Source: Candidatus Omnitrophota bacterium (GTDB lineage Bacteria > Omnitrophota > Gorgyraeia > Zapsychrales > Zapsychraceae). From it: 63,973 nt of DNA. The stretch lies in contig JACROV010000012.1 in assembly GCA_016214285.1 (NCBI GenBank), positions 1 through 63,973 on the forward strand. Reading direction: 5' to 3'. Shown here piece after piece: positions 63,547 to 63,973 of this stretch. Every line of letters begins with the position of its first letter. Position 1 is the first letter of the stretch. The notes under the pieces were generated by a model, which was given only the letters and a program-made list of their open reading frames with translations, searched no databases and was not told where the DNA came from. The translations under genes were made by a program, and so were the position numbers.

Positions 63547-63669
63547 CTTGTTTTATATTGCCGGTCTTAACCCCGAAGCCGAACGATTGCGGGAACTGGG
63601 CAGGATTAAAATCCCTGAGCCCGAAGCCCTCCCGCAAGGATCATGTTCGGCCAACTGACAAACGCGCCT

Positions 63670-63846
63670 CTAAGAGATAACCTCCCAACGCCCGCCCTTA
63701 GCGGGGCCGATACGGCGTAAACGCCCCTCCTGTTTTAAAATCCGAATAATCTTTTCAACGCCTGCGAGACTTAATCCAAGATGATCCGCAATTTCTTGCG
63801 CCGTAATCGAGGAATTTTCGACTATAAGAGGGACATGCGTTATCAC
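63670..63846 (-). pseudogene. Orphan winged-HTH fragment (58 aa)
   Basis: ITAQEIADHLGLSLAGVEKIIRILKQEGRLRRIGPAKGGRWEV resembles the C-terminal wHTH of Fic/AlbA-type proteins; not in the ORF track. Confidence 0.6.
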
Positions 63847-63973
63847 TTAAGCCATCATAATTTTGCAAGCAAGACACAACGCCTTGCTGCTCTTTGATAA
63901 AAAAATATAAATTTACTGTAGGAGTCCATAAAAAAAGACGATATCTTACTTTCAAAAGGTCTCGCCAACCTAA

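Noticed and set aside
508-63680. Numerous plus-strand ORFs in the six-frame track
   Set aside because: They are antisense shadows of well-supported minus-strand genes in GC-rich DNA and have no recognisable motifs.
63690-63725. GGGGCCGATACGG as a tmRNA 5' end
   Set aside because: It lies antisense to the wHTH remnant, and lacks the GATTCGAC motif and a matching 3' acceptor end.
63755-63955. 66-aa minus-strand ORF
   Set aside because: No motif; a different frame over the same DNA gives the recognisable wHTH fragment.

Overview
Chromosomal segment of a moderately GC-rich bacterium. Gene content and style suggest an uncultured PVC lineage such as Ca. Omnitrophota; this is an inference and was not verified. 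All complete protein genes that I could support lie on the minus strand. Housekeeping blocks, in order: an EPS export locus (beta-barrel, sugar transferase, Wza, Wzc-like); tetrapyrrole genes (hemC-cobA-hemD fusion, hemB, hemL); a signalling cluster (NIT and PAS histidine kinases, porin, binding protein, receivers, cNMP-patatin); beta-oxidation genes; tex; pentose-phosphate genes; tRNA-Lys(CTT); the glycine cleavage system; trehalose synthesis; and ssb. The hem operon is interrupted by a lower-GC block of about 7.7 kb bounded by a 35-bp direct repeat, carrying an AEP-TOTE primase/helicase, a DinG helicase, an RRE-radical SAM/SPASM protein and a decayed IS630. The most striking signal is several co-existing families of small non-autonomous elements. 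(i) An 82-bp TIR element with an 8-bp target duplication adds exactly 90 nt (30 codons) and sits in frame inside two unrelated genes. (ii) A second, CTAG-targeting hairpin MITE. (iii) About 13 intergenic inverted repeats built from 7-nt periodic units at operon junctions. (iv) GC-rich CAGCCAGAGG/palindrome cassettes inserted into coding sequences. Several toxin-antitoxin modules are present, three with apparently deleted toxin or enzyme cores. No CRISPR array, integrase or rRNA gene was seen.
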